Below, in pieces: positions 42,138 to 53,348 of a stretch of 64,000 bases of DNA. Origin of the DNA: Porphyridium purpureum (taxonomy: Eukaryota); NCBI GenBank assembly GCA_008690995.1, contig VRMN01000012.1:310001-374000 (forward strand), in the 5' to 3' direction. Position numbers and translations under genes: made by a program. Each line of letters begins with the position of its first letter. Position 1 is the stretch's first letter. A model generated the notes under the pieces. The model was given only the letters and a program-made list of their open reading frames with translations, searched no databases and was not told the DNA's origin.

Positions 42138-42860
42138 GGCATCCGTTGTCCGCGTGAACCCCCCAACGCTTCCCAACTATGTCCGCCGCAATCCGTCCGT
42201 TAAACCCCCCGCCCTTACCATCCAGCACGCCACGGCGCGCGTTGCCCCGCGGCTACCGCACCTCTTTTTGTCCGCCACTCGTCGTCACGCTCGCTCGACC
42301 TGACCACACCCCAACCCGAAACCCACCTCTTCCTTTTCTCTCCGCGACCCCGTTGTCCGCTCCTCTGACCAGGCGAACCACACGCACACCCGCGCTCGCT
42401 CCACGCGCAGTCAACGCACCAGTGCTTTTCCACGCGCGTCACTGCTGCGCTCGCGCTCCGTACCGCCTCACGCTTCTTCTCGCCCTCAACCACGACGCTT
42501 TGGCTCGCGTCAATCTCTGCCTCCACACCACCACCACGTGCGTTGACCGCTTTGTCCGACTCGGCACACCGACACCTCGAGAGAAAGAGAGAGAGAGCGG
42601 CACAGAGAAAGAGACGGAGAGGCAAGGAGAGGCACAAGGGAAGGAGTGCGAGAGAGAGAGAGAGAGGCAGAGAGCGGGAGCGTCAGCGACACAGTGCTCT
42701 CCGACTATCAACACAATCTCGCGCTTTGCGTGAGGCACAAGCGCGCTGACCTTCCTTGTGCTGACCTTCCCCTCGCCCGACTCTTGTTCCTTCCCGTCCT
42801 GCTCATCACACACCACGTGTGCGCGTACAGCTGCTCACTCGTTCCACGCACGCTGAACAC

Positions 42861-43091
42861 CCACTGGACACCCACCGAACACCCACTGGACACACACTGG
42901 ACACCCACTGGACACCCACTGGACACCCACTGGACACACACTGGACACACACTGGACACACACTGGACACACACTGGACACCCACTGGACACCCACTGGA
43001 CACCCACTGGACACACACTGGACACACACTGGACACACACTGGACACCCACTGGACACCCACTGGACACACACTGGACACCCACTGGACAC
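42861..43091. repeat. Minisatellite of 21 x 11-mer [C/A]CACTGGACAC
   Basis: 231 nt = 21 units, one of them the variant CCACCGAACAC. Confidence 0.95.
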
Positions 43092-44518
43092 GCACGGAAT
43101 TCTTGAGGATGTTGGTGGGCGCAGGAGCTAGGAGAGTACGAAACAGCCAGACACACTCGGAGAGCACAGCAGAGGTTGAACGTGCAGTGTTTGCACCTCG
43201 CGGTGGCCTTCGGCATTTGCCGTGGTCACGCTCTGCATCGAACGGTGCGAGCGGCTTGTATTTCGTTAGTCAGCCAACGCCTCCTGCGCTCTTGTGCGGT
43301 CTACCGACACGCAAGGCGCACACACGAGTCGCCGTTCTCAATCTGTCGCCGTTACCAATTGATCAGTCTACCAGTGGACAGAGGAGACGAGTTTGTCATT
43401 GGAGGAGGCGTTACGAGGAATGGCACGTGGGCGCGTGTGGTCGAAGAATTCGGTTAGGGAAATGTGCGTCTCGTTCACTTTACGAATGGATGTGGCCGAG
43501 AGAGATCGTAATGGTACGGCTGTTTCGGCACGCAGCAAGTAGGTTGCGCACCGTCAGGAGCTGCCGCCGTTCGCCGATGGCCATGAACGCTTGCGCAGCC
43601 AAACTGGTCTCTACCGTCATGGGAGAAGAAAAAGTCCAGATTCCACGGGACTCCCACTTTTTTCACGATCCATGTTCAGGTTTGTGCGCGTAGCAGAAAT
43701 TTAGCCCAAGACCGCACAGCGGAGCGAGCGATGTTGCGCGCCCAGATTAGCGACATGCGGAGGAAGAGGACGCACGCGTTACAATGTGCTCTTTATATTC
43801 CGGAACAAAGGCCAAGGTAGGTGAGAGCGCTTTCTGCCATTGGGGGTTGGGCTCTGCGTGCTGCGCGGAACTGGCTCCACCACCAGATGGACGAGGTGAC
43901 GCAGCCATCCACATTCCTTTGTCATCTGTCATATAATGGCAGAACGGCGTTATTTCGATAGATTGGTAATGCACGACACGTGTACAGTAGCTGTACTTGG
44001 ACCGTTTCAGACCATGAAACGCCGCGCGCGCGAAATCGCAGCTGTGCAAAACGGCTAAACGGTTTAATACTAAAACACCCTCGTTTTATCAGAAGCATAA
44101 CTGTACTCCGTGCTGTACTTTATGGTTTCCGGTTGAAACCGCGCGTGCGAAAGCATGAAAGCTTGTGCGGGAGCGAATGCGCGCTACACAGAAGAGCGTG
44201 TGTGGCACGACCGCGCGTCCGGTACGGAAAGGTTGCGCACGGCGTTCCCGCAAGGATACACTACGTCTCACCGAACAGCTCTCTCTCTCTTTCTCTTTGT
44301 CTCTGACTTTCTCTCTGTCTCTCTTTCTCTCTTCGAATCTCGAGGACGCATCGACGGAGATCCGGGGAAAACGGACAAGCGCCGTGTGAAAGACACACCA
44401 CCGAGAAAATGAAACTGGCAGTTGGTTTGTCGAGCAATTGAGCACGTGGAGAAAGGGAGACGGCGGTCGTTCGGCTCATTAGACTGGCGGGTATGGGACT
44501 GGAAAGGCACTCGACACT

Positions 44519-46957
44519 ATGAGAAGACGCCGTCTCGAGGCCATACTGGCGCATTTTATGGACATGGATGGCGCCGCGAAAGACAAGGACGCAGCATCGA
44601 TATCGCGTGAAATGGTCGACGATGTGGTGCGGGAGGCCGAGCACGTTGTGGCAGCTGTGTGTGAGCGGTCGCATGCAGACTTTAGCTCTGAGAGTGGGGC
44701 AGCCACAGCGTCACTGCCGCGTGTAAATATCAACCTGGACCTTCCGGATGACATGAGGCGGTGCGAATGCGTCCTCATGGTAATGGCGTTGACTGCATCC
44801 GTGAAAATGAGTATGTGCAAATACACACATGCACATGCGAAGGCGCAAAGTGTCGAGCCGAAAGAAAGCGAAAATCGAAAAGACTTGCAAGTAGCGGCAT
44901 CGAAAAAGAGACGCGGAGACTCACGTGCCGTAGAACCCTTGAATACTTTTGTCTTCCAGCACCTAGATCACATTGGCCGCACCGCTGGAACTTTTGGTAC
45001 GCTACATGTGCCGCATCCGAGCGAATCGCGCGTTACGGATCCTCGTGCAAAGCCCAACCTTTGGCATCCACACGGCCTGCGCAAGATGGCAGCCGCCGTC
45101 CTGCTATGTTTTTCTAGGTGTCAAAACGACGAGGAAGCGGAAAATATTGCATACCCAGACATCAAGAAGCGGCGAGTGGACATTGAACCCACGTGTGCTG
45201 CAAGCGTATGTGGTGAATCGTGTGCCTTGAGAAAGACATCCAAGGGCTACGCCAAATTGACTTTGCGCCTGTTCAAGAATCTCTCCGCTCTAGCCAAAAC
45301 GTACAACGAGGTATTCTTGCCTGCTCTGGCAGATGCCGCCACTCCTGCTGCCGGCGCAATGCTTTTGACTCCACTGGAAAAACGGAATGTAGCTACGATG
45401 CATATCTGTGTTCTCGAAGGCGGAGAAAATGACGGCCATCTGATCAGCATGAAGAGCAAGAAGATGCTGGACAACAGGCTGGTACAAGCTGGCTGCAGAG
45501 TGATTCAGCCCGAACAACTCTGCGATTTCGATTGGGTTGCGCATCAAGTTCAGCAGGATGACACGTGCATGGTGATTGTGTGTGCGTCCTGCGCTGTGGT
45601 CGATGCGTATTTGGGACTTGATCGGCGCGAAAAGCTCTGCGCGCTCGGGGTTTCAGTGAGGCGGTCTGATTGGCTTATTGACGTTCTTGAAAACGGCGGC
45701 AGACCCGTTCCAGGTTATGTAGAATTGGTGGACGAGGAGTCATGCACACCTGAAGACGTGTCCAGAAGCAAGCACTCAAAAGCACAGCTGCTCCTCGACA
45801 GTGACGAGGCCTGCGGGCAGTCCGAGATGATGGTTGAGCTTGATGAGCTGTTGCTGAAGCGGCTTCATGCCGTGTTCTCTCGCCTTTCGTCAATCTACGA
45901 GATTTTGGACGCCAGTCCCAACGACACGTATCGAGCCAGGCACTACAAGCAGATGAGCTTGATGGTGGAGCAATGTCTGGCATCTGTGGAAAAGAGCGCC
46001 AGCGGCGTGGTTTCATTGGAACAGTTGAGCCGGCACACGCGGAGTCGCGGGGGATTGACACTAAAGGAGTTGGATGAGATCAGAGAGATTGTCCAAACGG
46101 ATACCTGCTCACGACTGCAGGAGCTGGAGCACAAGAATGGCGCGATGATCGCGAGTTTGGAAGGGCTGGAAAAGATCCACGGCGTTGGTGCAGGAGTGGC
46201 CAAGCTATGGTACCGCCAGGGCATACGCACGGTGGGAGACGTGCGCGAGCGGCTAGGCTCACTCAATTTGTCGTCGGCTCAGAGAATTGGCCTGAGCTAC
46301 TATGAGGAGCTTTGCATTCGCATTCCTCGCGAAGAAGTTGCTGAAATTGAGGCGGTTGTGAGGCAGGCCGTGGCGGTCGTGTCAGATCATCAGCTCCATG
46401 CAGCGGCGTGCGGAAGCTACCGTCGTGGCGAGCAGAGCTGTGGGGACGTAGACGTGCTGATTAGCGGCACAAATGGCCACGCGCATGGCTTTTTGCAACG
46501 TCTTGTTGAGCACTTGAAACAAACTGGATTTCTCGTGGAGACACTGCAGAAAGTGACGGCAGAGCACGAAGGGCACGACAAGACGCGCCTCGAAAAGTGG
46601 TTCGGCATCTGCCGTCTGCCTTTTGCAAAGTCAAGCTCGGTGCCAGGAGCCCCTATACGGTGCATAGCGCGGCGCTTAGACTTGTTTGTGGTCAGCAACG
46701 AAGTACTTCCATACGCGCAGCTGTATTTGACAGGCGACACACATTTTAATCGTGGTTTGCGCCTACTCGCCAAGCGCAAGTACGGTCTGCGGCTCGGCAA
46801 CACGGGCATGTGGCGCGTGACTCATGACCGACGGGGCAACGCTATCTCGCGCGGCCCATGCGTTCCTGCTTGCTCTGAAGCGGACGTTTTGCGTGAACTT
46901 GGGCTCGACTTTGTTCCACCGACAGACCGCATTGGCTGGCGCTCGGGCCCGACTTGA
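44519..46957 (+). CDS. Family X DNA polymerase (Pol lambda-like) with a BRCT-like region
   Basis: HhH IHGVG, RIPREEV, CGSYRRGEQSCGDVDVLI, RRLDL, YLTGDTHFNR; BRCT-like DWLIDVL upstream. Confidence 0.92.
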   Translation: MRRRRLEAILAHFMDMDGAAKDKDAASISREMVDDVVREAEHVVAAVCERSHADFSSESGAATASLPRVNINLDLPDDMRRCECVLMVMALTASVKMSMCKYTHAHAKAQSVEPKESENRKDLQVAASKKRRGDSRAVEPLNTFVFQHLDHIGRTAGTFGTLHVPHPSESRVTDPRAKPNLWHPHGLRKMAAAVLLCFSRCQNDEEAENIAYPDIKKRRVDIEPTCAASVCGESCALRKTSKGYAKLTLRLFKNLSALAKTYNEVFLPALADAATPAAGAMLLTPLEKRNVATMHICVLEGGENDGHLISMKSKKMLDNRLVQAGCRVIQPEQLCDFDWVAHQVQQDDTCMVIVCASCAVVDAYLGLDRREKLCALGVSVRRSDWLIDVLENGGRPVPGYVELVDEESCTPEDVSRSKHSKAQLLLDSDEACGQSEMMVELDELLLKRLHAVFSRLSSIYEILDASPNDTYRARHYKQMSLMVEQCLASVEKSASGVVSLEQLSRHTRSRGGLTLKELDEIREIVQTDTCSRLQELEHKNGAMIASLEGLEKIHGVGAGVAKLWYRQGIRTVGDVRERLGSLNLSSAQRIGLSYYEELCIRIPREEVAEIEAVVRQAVAVVSDHQLHAAACGSYRRGEQSCGDVDVLISGTNGHAHGFLQRLVEHLKQTGFLVETLQKVTAEHEGHDKTRLEKWFGICRLPFAKSSSVPGAPIRCIARRLDLFVVSNEVLPYAQLYLTGDTHFNRGLRLLAKRKYGLRLGNTGMWRVTHDRRGNAISRGPCVPACSEADVLRELGLDFVPPTDRIGWRSGPT

Positions 46958-47081
46958 CCGATCAAGATTACGTGGTGCAATTCGAGACCGTCGCTTGCGA
47001 GTCGGTGCTCAGCTCGCCTTTAATGGTGAGAGATGCAGGGAATGGGGATAGCGTACGTATATTTTTATTTTTTTTATTTAT

Positions 47082-47468
47082 TCAGGAGCAAGGGCCGGTG
47101 TACGAGGCCCACGCCTTGTGACTCTCGTGTAAAGTAACTTTGATGGTGCCGCTAAACTTGCCTTTGAACGCGGCAGCCATATCCTTCTGGATCTGCATGC
47201 ACATGAACTCTGTGGTTGTATTTACCCCCTTGAACTGGGGTAGCTCATCCAGATTCTTATAATTGTATGCCTGCAGACACTTTCCGAGCGCATCGAGTGC
47301 CTCGCCAATGTCGACGACCCAATTGCACCCATCCACGAGTTTATCTGTGCCAAACTCGCAATCGACAGTATACGTCGCGCCGTGCATATTCTGCGCAGGC
47401 CCAAACTCGGCGCCGGAGAACGAATGCGCGATCATGATCGAGTCGCGCACACCCAGCGTAAACGCCAT
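47082..47468 (-). CDS. 6-pyruvoyl-tetrahydropterin synthase/QueD superfamily (COG0720) protein, non-Cys bacterial-type subfamily
   Basis: IAHSF, FGPAQNMHGATYTVD, YKNLDEL, NTTTEF, LHESHKAWASY. Confidence 0.85.
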   Translation of the reverse strand: MAFTLGVRDSIMIAHSFSGAEFGPAQNMHGATYTVDCEFGTDKLVDGCNWVVDIGEALDALGKCLQAYNYKNLDELPQFKGVNTTTEFMCMQIQKDMAAAFKGKFSGTIKVTLHESHKAWASYTGPCS

Positions 47469-49453
47469 GATTGAGCCGCGGTCTTTTTTTTGGCAGAGAC
47501 CTGACACGCTGGCGTCTCCGTATGTTCACGAGGCACGAGATAGCTACTGTGTACGCGTGCTCTCCACCGACAATCTCGATCGGATCATCAGCTGCTCGCC
47601 AAGCTTCAGCACTTACCGCCAGCTCCACGCGTCTCGCCCTTCCATTTCAGATCGAAAACCCGAACCGATTTTGAAATGGGAATGAACCGTTAAACCGATA
47701 CGTGTTGCAGCGCTTTTTCGTGCTGCTCCGTCGCCTGACTGCTCCGTCAGCGCAAGGACGCAAACAAGCACGGCTGCATGATACTCACGTCTTGACGTCC
47801 GACTCGCTGCATGTGCACATAGACCTCCTCGCTGTCGTATCCAATCCTATACTTGAAGGCGAAATTTGGTCTCGCCATGTTTGTTGAAGCGTAAAAAGGC
47901 CAGAAAGCGCGAAACAGCAGCGTTGCAGAGAACGTGCAGTTCGCCAGGTTCGGACAAGGTGAGGAGCGAACGTGCGTGATTGGTTCTCCTGCTGAATGAT
48001 CCTTGCTGCGGCAACGCTTACCAGCCTCCGAGCCTGACGCATATGAAGCAGCCGCGGCCGGACCTGTAGTCGCGTGCAGCCTCGTTGGGTATTGCGTCAA
48101 CCTGGTTCACGCTGCCGTCGAGCGCGGCCGTACTTGAGATGTGGTGGGACGAAAGGCGTGTGAGTTATTTTTCATGCTTGATCGTAATCGTACGCATGGG
48201 TGCGTAAAGCAGTTCGTCCAGCAAGTGCTCACTTGGGGCGCCCAGCTCGAGAAAGGCAGGGCCGCTTTGCGCTTCTTATCATGGCGTTCGACCAAGCCAT
48301 GCACCAGATTCAATTGTTTGGCTCATATTTCGCACGAAGCAGGTGGCGCACTGTTTCAAGCAATGCGTATGTATCTCTCTATAAACGATGATTAAGCACG
48401 CACCACTAGGCTACGCACATCACTTCAGTCGGCACACAGTGTAAATGTGGCGTCACACTCTCCGCACAATCACAGAGCCTCTCGTTCATGATTACGGCTG
48501 GTGTGCTAAGAACAAAGGGTGTCTAAAGACCAGTATACCCATCCACCACAACAGCTTCTCCACAACAACTTGCATCGGATTGCTCCATCCATGTCTGCGC
48601 AACAACGTCTTGCCAGCAACGCCATGCGACCGTCGGAATTCCACCGTTTCTCAACCCGACGCTTCCATTCACAACGTCATCTGTACGTGTTCTTGTGAGA
48701 GTCCAAACCCCAACGCGCTCTTCTCGCTTTCTTGTTCTCGGGAAAAAGGCACGAATGACGCCGCTCAGTCTGCCAGTCGACCCGATTGCGACACGACTCG
48801 CTCAAGTTTTGAGACACACAGCACGTTCATTGCGGCCATCCGTGTCGTGCGCTCGCACGCGTGCATGCGCGCTCAAGAACATCTACGTCTTGTCATACTG
48901 ACCATCTCTTCTTCACGGCCAAAAGGAACCGAGCTGCCTCGGACATTTATCCACTGGATAACCGAGACCAGAGCAGAAAGAAAGCAGAGCAACCTTTCAG
49001 CACTTGCACAACTCTTCCACTGCTGCTTGTTCAGGCCGCGCGTGTTGAAGTCTCCGCTTGCGTGCATTCTGTTCGCTTCGTGCGCCGCCACGTCACGTCG
49101 CACACGATCGACTCTTCCTGCGTTTCGACGTGCTCGGTTTCACGGTCAGCCGCAGCAGCAAGCCGAGTGGAACGTGACACGCTGCGCAGTTTCGCATGGA
49201 ACGTGACACGGAACGTGAACGACAGAGCGCGGGCGACAGAGACCAGCAGCGGTGGAGACCAGCAGCGGCGGTGGTGACACGTCTTTTGTCCTGACGCACG
49301 GCGACGCGTTTGGCCAGACGCGACGGAAGGTTGAACTTGAAGAACGGTGCAGAAGGGCAGCAGCAGGGTGAAGGAAGAAGGATCGGAGGCGTGACAACAG
49401 GCAGGTTGGGTCGAGGTGGGTTGTGAGCTGTGTGGAAGGTGGTGAGAGCTTGG

Positions 49454-50428
49454 ATGAAGATGGAAGGACGCGTATCGTTTGTGCTGGTCGGAGCGCCGGT
49501 GGTGAGTCCGGTGAGGAGGGAGGCAGCGGCGGTGAGTGGGTATGTGGGGGTTGGACGTCCGCGTGCCGCACGTCATCCGAGACGCGTGGTGCGCATGTGT
49601 GCGTCGTCGTCGTCGGATGGTGAGCTGCTGGTTCGCGCTGCAATGAAGAATGACGCGGAGATGGTGCAGAAACTGCTTGCTGAGGGCGTTCAGCCAGGGT
49701 ACGCGTCGGTCAAGAATGACTCGCTGATGTCTCCGCTGCAGTGGGCGGCGTCGGAAGGGTATGTCGATATCGCAAAGTTGCTCTTGGACGCAGGCGCGAA
49801 CACCAACCAGAAGAACGCCAGCGGACGTACCGCAATCATGTACTGTTTCGAGAACCTTCCGCCAGCGCGCGCGGGAATCGCACCCCCGGCAGGATTTCCT
49901 GGCGTCGCTGGCAAGCAGGCGCCGCAGCAAGTGCCCATGGTGAAGCGCATGACGGGCCATGCCGGCGTGGCCAAGCTACTGTTGGTGAGTGGCGCGGATA
50001 AGTCTGTGGTGAATGAGGTGGGTGAGAACCTGCTGCACTTGGCCGCGCGAAAGGGGCAGCTGGGATTGGTCGAGCTGCTGCTGTCGCTGGGCCTCGACCC
50101 AGACGCAGAGAGCAGGGGGTATCAGCACACTGCGGTCCACATCGCGGCAATGGAGAATTACCCAGATGTCATTCGCGCATGCGCTGCTGCGGGTGCGAAC
50201 GTGAACAAGCAAAACCGAATCGGATGGACGCCGCTGATTTGGGCCGCAGCAAAGGGCTACGTTGAATGCGTCAAGGCCTTGCTTGATGCCGGCGCTGACC
50301 CGAACTTGCGTGGTGAGGAGACCGGCAGGCCCGGCGAGCGCACAACATCGGCGCTCAAGGAGGCGCGCAAGTCGTTTGACCCGCAAACCACTTCCAAGCT
50401 GCTGATCCGAGCCGGTGCAATCGAGTAA
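49454..50428 (+). CDS. Ankyrin repeat protein with transit-like N-terminus
   Basis: SPLQWAASEG, LLHLAARKG, TAVHIAAMEN, GWTPLIWAAAKG. Confidence 0.92.
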   Translation: MKMEGRVSFVLVGAPVVSPVRREAAAVSGYVGVGRPRAARHPRRVVRMCASSSSDGELLVRAAMKNDAEMVQKLLAEGVQPGYASVKNDSLMSPLQWAASEGYVDIAKLLLDAGANTNQKNASGRTAIMYCFENLPPARAGIAPPAGFPGVAGKQAPQQVPMVKRMTGHAGVAKLLLVSGADKSVVNEVGENLLHLAARKGQLGLVELLLSLGLDPDAESRGYQHTAVHIAAMENYPDVIRACAAAGANVNKQNRIGWTPLIWAAAKGYVECVKALLDAGADPNLRGEETGRPGERTTSALKEARKSFDPQTTSKLLIRAGAIE

Positions 50429-50599
50429 GCTCCCCCGTTGTCTTGGCACAAGGACCGGAGATGGATATTGGCGCTATGTTCCCTCCGGGTGGATCTTCTC
50501 GAGATGTGGAACCGATGCATTGACTTGACTTTTGAATGCCACGGACTGCCGTGTTTCTCGTGGTGTCGGCCACAGACCGCGCAATCTGTGGAAACAAGA

Positions 50600-50634
<35 letters not shown>
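50600..50634. repeat. (ATG)n microsatellite
   Basis: About 11 ATG units. Confidence 0.85.
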
Positions 50635-52198
50635 CGCGTGATGCTTGGACTGGTCCTTTCGAGTCTTGAGCACGATACTGGTGGATAGCCATTGATGCTC
50701 AGCTGCGCTATGCGAGCAATGGAAAATGTCATGTTTGGAACAATGGTACAAAACATAATGTAAACACACCTTTCGCAGGAACCTTTGGTAGCACCAACAA
50801 GCGCGTGACCAGCGTCGTGCGCGCGTTTCGGCCTTCCGCATCATGTAGGCGTCGCTGCCGACTTTCCTGAGAAAGACACCCAAAGAAATTTCATCCTTGA
50901 GGGAGAATCAACCGTCCTGCGCATGAAAACTTCCGCAGCCCCACTGTGCCCACGTGACACGGCACCAGAGGACGAACGTGGACGCCGACATGTTTTCGTA
51001 AGATGGCACGTCCAGATGAGCTCCAATTGGCGCAACATGACCCAAAGCGCACCACCGCGTTCAAGTGGGACTGTCGCAACACACGCACTGAGCACCACCG
51101 AGCAGCGCGTCTCCATATGAAGCGGTGTCCAAGCCGCACCCCGCAGGCTCAAGGTGACCACACGGAAGCGGACCACCGCACGCTCTGTGTGTGTTTGGCG
51201 AGTCCAGCAATACAGAGCGTGCGTGTTCGACAAGGTCACGGGCCCACCATCGCGTGTGTGTCTCTAGCTCACGTTGGGCTCGGGGGAGAAACACGCGTGG
51301 TGCTGCCTCGAACACGATACGGAGAAAAGAGCAGAAAAGAATGTTAGAGCTGACGGACGTTGACGAAATTTGGTGTTAAACGATCCAATAAAGCAGGCTG
51401 CGACAATTGGCTGGTGTGGACGCTCCTGCGATCTCATCGCTAGCCTTCTGCAGCAATCCGTGTGTCCAACAGGTGCTTCTGGAGGGCCCTAAGGGGTTTC
51501 AGTCTTTCGTATTGGTCGGGGTCAATTACATTAAAGACATGTTGACCATTTCAGCCTCTACTCCACGGGGAACAGGTCAAAGAGAATTTCCGGCCAGTAC
51601 GCACTCGATGCGGACATGACAAACACTTCAATAACATGGAAGGCTTAGAACAGTTGCGAGCGCGTTTGTCTGTCCAGATGAAGACCGTAAATACAAGAAT
51701 AAAGGTGCGAGTCCCACGGGCAAGCGCGTATTTTCTCTGGAAGCCAAGATACCAAACCTCTTTAACAAATAGAGAAGAGGTGACCGTTATTTCTCGAGTC
51801 TCGCTACTACTCAGAGTTCAAGGCTCAAGAAGCAGAAGATATATAGCAAGCTATTTAGACAAGCTGTTTAGGCAAGTGTAAAAGTATGCGGTGCAATTAC
51901 AGACTAGACTACAAGTCACGTTTTGGCTCGTTGCAATACAGAGAAACGATGATGTTGGCTTTTCCGAGCACCAATCCTCGAAGAAGATCGCAAAAGTTCT
52001 GTTGACTCAAGAATCACTTTAACATTGAAGCTACTTGGCTGCAATCCTGGCACTACAAAATCCTGCAGGATAGCGAAAACAAAAAAAAACAACCGATAAA
52101 AGAAATTGCTTCTCAACTTCCATGAAGTGCATTGGAACCACCTCAGTCCAGTTCAAGAACGCCAGTGCAAACCTGTCACGTGCCAGAAAGCGCGAGAC

Positions 52199-53348
52199 TT
52201 ACTCGCAGTGCCTCTCGTACGGCGTATAGAACGACAACATGTTGCCGAAGAAGCCGAGGTTGTCGTACCAGTACTGGTTCTGTGCGTACGACCCAAAGAT
52301 CAGGTTGTCCAGCAGGTAGTACACCTGGTAGCCCGTGAAGCATGCGTTGCGCGTCTGGAACGGCTCAATGTGACTCATCGGGCTCGAGTAGCAGAACGAG
52401 TCTGCATACGAGTTGTAGATCACTCCGTACTCGTCAATGTACGTGCACATTTGCCTGAACAACAGCTCCATGTTGCAACCCGTGCTATGGCAGCCAAGGT
52501 CGCTGAATGCCTGTCGGAACCAAGGGCACGAGATGCCCGGAATTGTGCGCAGGACCGTACCGTCGTTCATGATCACCTTGCAGTCGCGGTCCGAGTACAG
52601 CGGCGTCGGCTTGCAATAGATGGGGGGCTCGGCCCAGAACGAGTCGCCGTTCTCATAATAGTGCGGGTAGCGCGTATCGTACTGACTGGCGCGCTCCACC
52701 ACCACAGTCGGGAAGGACCAAAACATTGTCTGGCATTTGCTGATGTCATTGGCACGTGTCGTCTGGCCCCAGTCATGGTAAATCGGGTTGTACCCTGGCT
52801 TAAGGGGCAAGCCGCCGGTGCCGCGCATCGTAACGTCTTCCTCAGACATCACTTTGTCCTTCTGCTCCTTCATGTGCTGCACGAAGCGCATCGCGGGCGT
52901 CTGTGCGCCCGTGGCCCGGCGTCGCATCTTGCGGCCCTCCATGTTGTGCTGGTTAAAGTACGACTGCATGCGCTCGGTCGAAATGCACACGTGCGTTTCG
53001 TTCATAGACGTCCTCTTCCAGAAATTCATGACAGTATGCGCAACGAGGTCCTTGATCTCATCATCTGGCGCGCTTGAAAACGAGCTCTCCACGTCAATCT
53101 CCAGGAACTGCGCAAAGTGCTCGCTCGTGAAAACATTATCATCACACTCTTCCGCTAGCGGCTGGCCGTCGGCCGAGCTCCTTCAAGCTCACGAAGCGCT
53201 CGGTCTGTAAATCCCAAATCGAGCCTGCTCTGTTCAAGACATCCACCGAATGGTCCTGCTTTGCTGGCGCCGCGCTGCATACGCAGAACAGTGCCACCAA
53301 CACGGCCAAGCCACATACCAGAAATAGTTGTTGAAAATGGCTCGTCGT
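52199..53348 (-). pseudogene. Secreted Cys/Tyr-rich protein split by a 1-nt frameshift and lacking an ATG (pseudogene or assembly errors)
   Basis: The signal-peptide frame (LFLVCGLAVLVALFCVCSA) joins the 297-aa Cys-rich frame if one base is removed near 53173. Confidence 0.55.

Noticed and set aside
42646..43216. Repetitive ORFs (HWTPTGHPLDT / CPVCVQ) and a possible CRISPR array
   Set aside because: These are translations of the 11-mer minisatellite; there are no unique spacers and no cas genes.
47700..49400. ORFs such as 48445-49206
   Set aside because: No identifiable homology; likely intergenic or UTR sequence.
51380..52150. AT-richer stretch that might be a TE remnant
   Set aside because: No terminal repeats or transposase/RT motifs found by eye.
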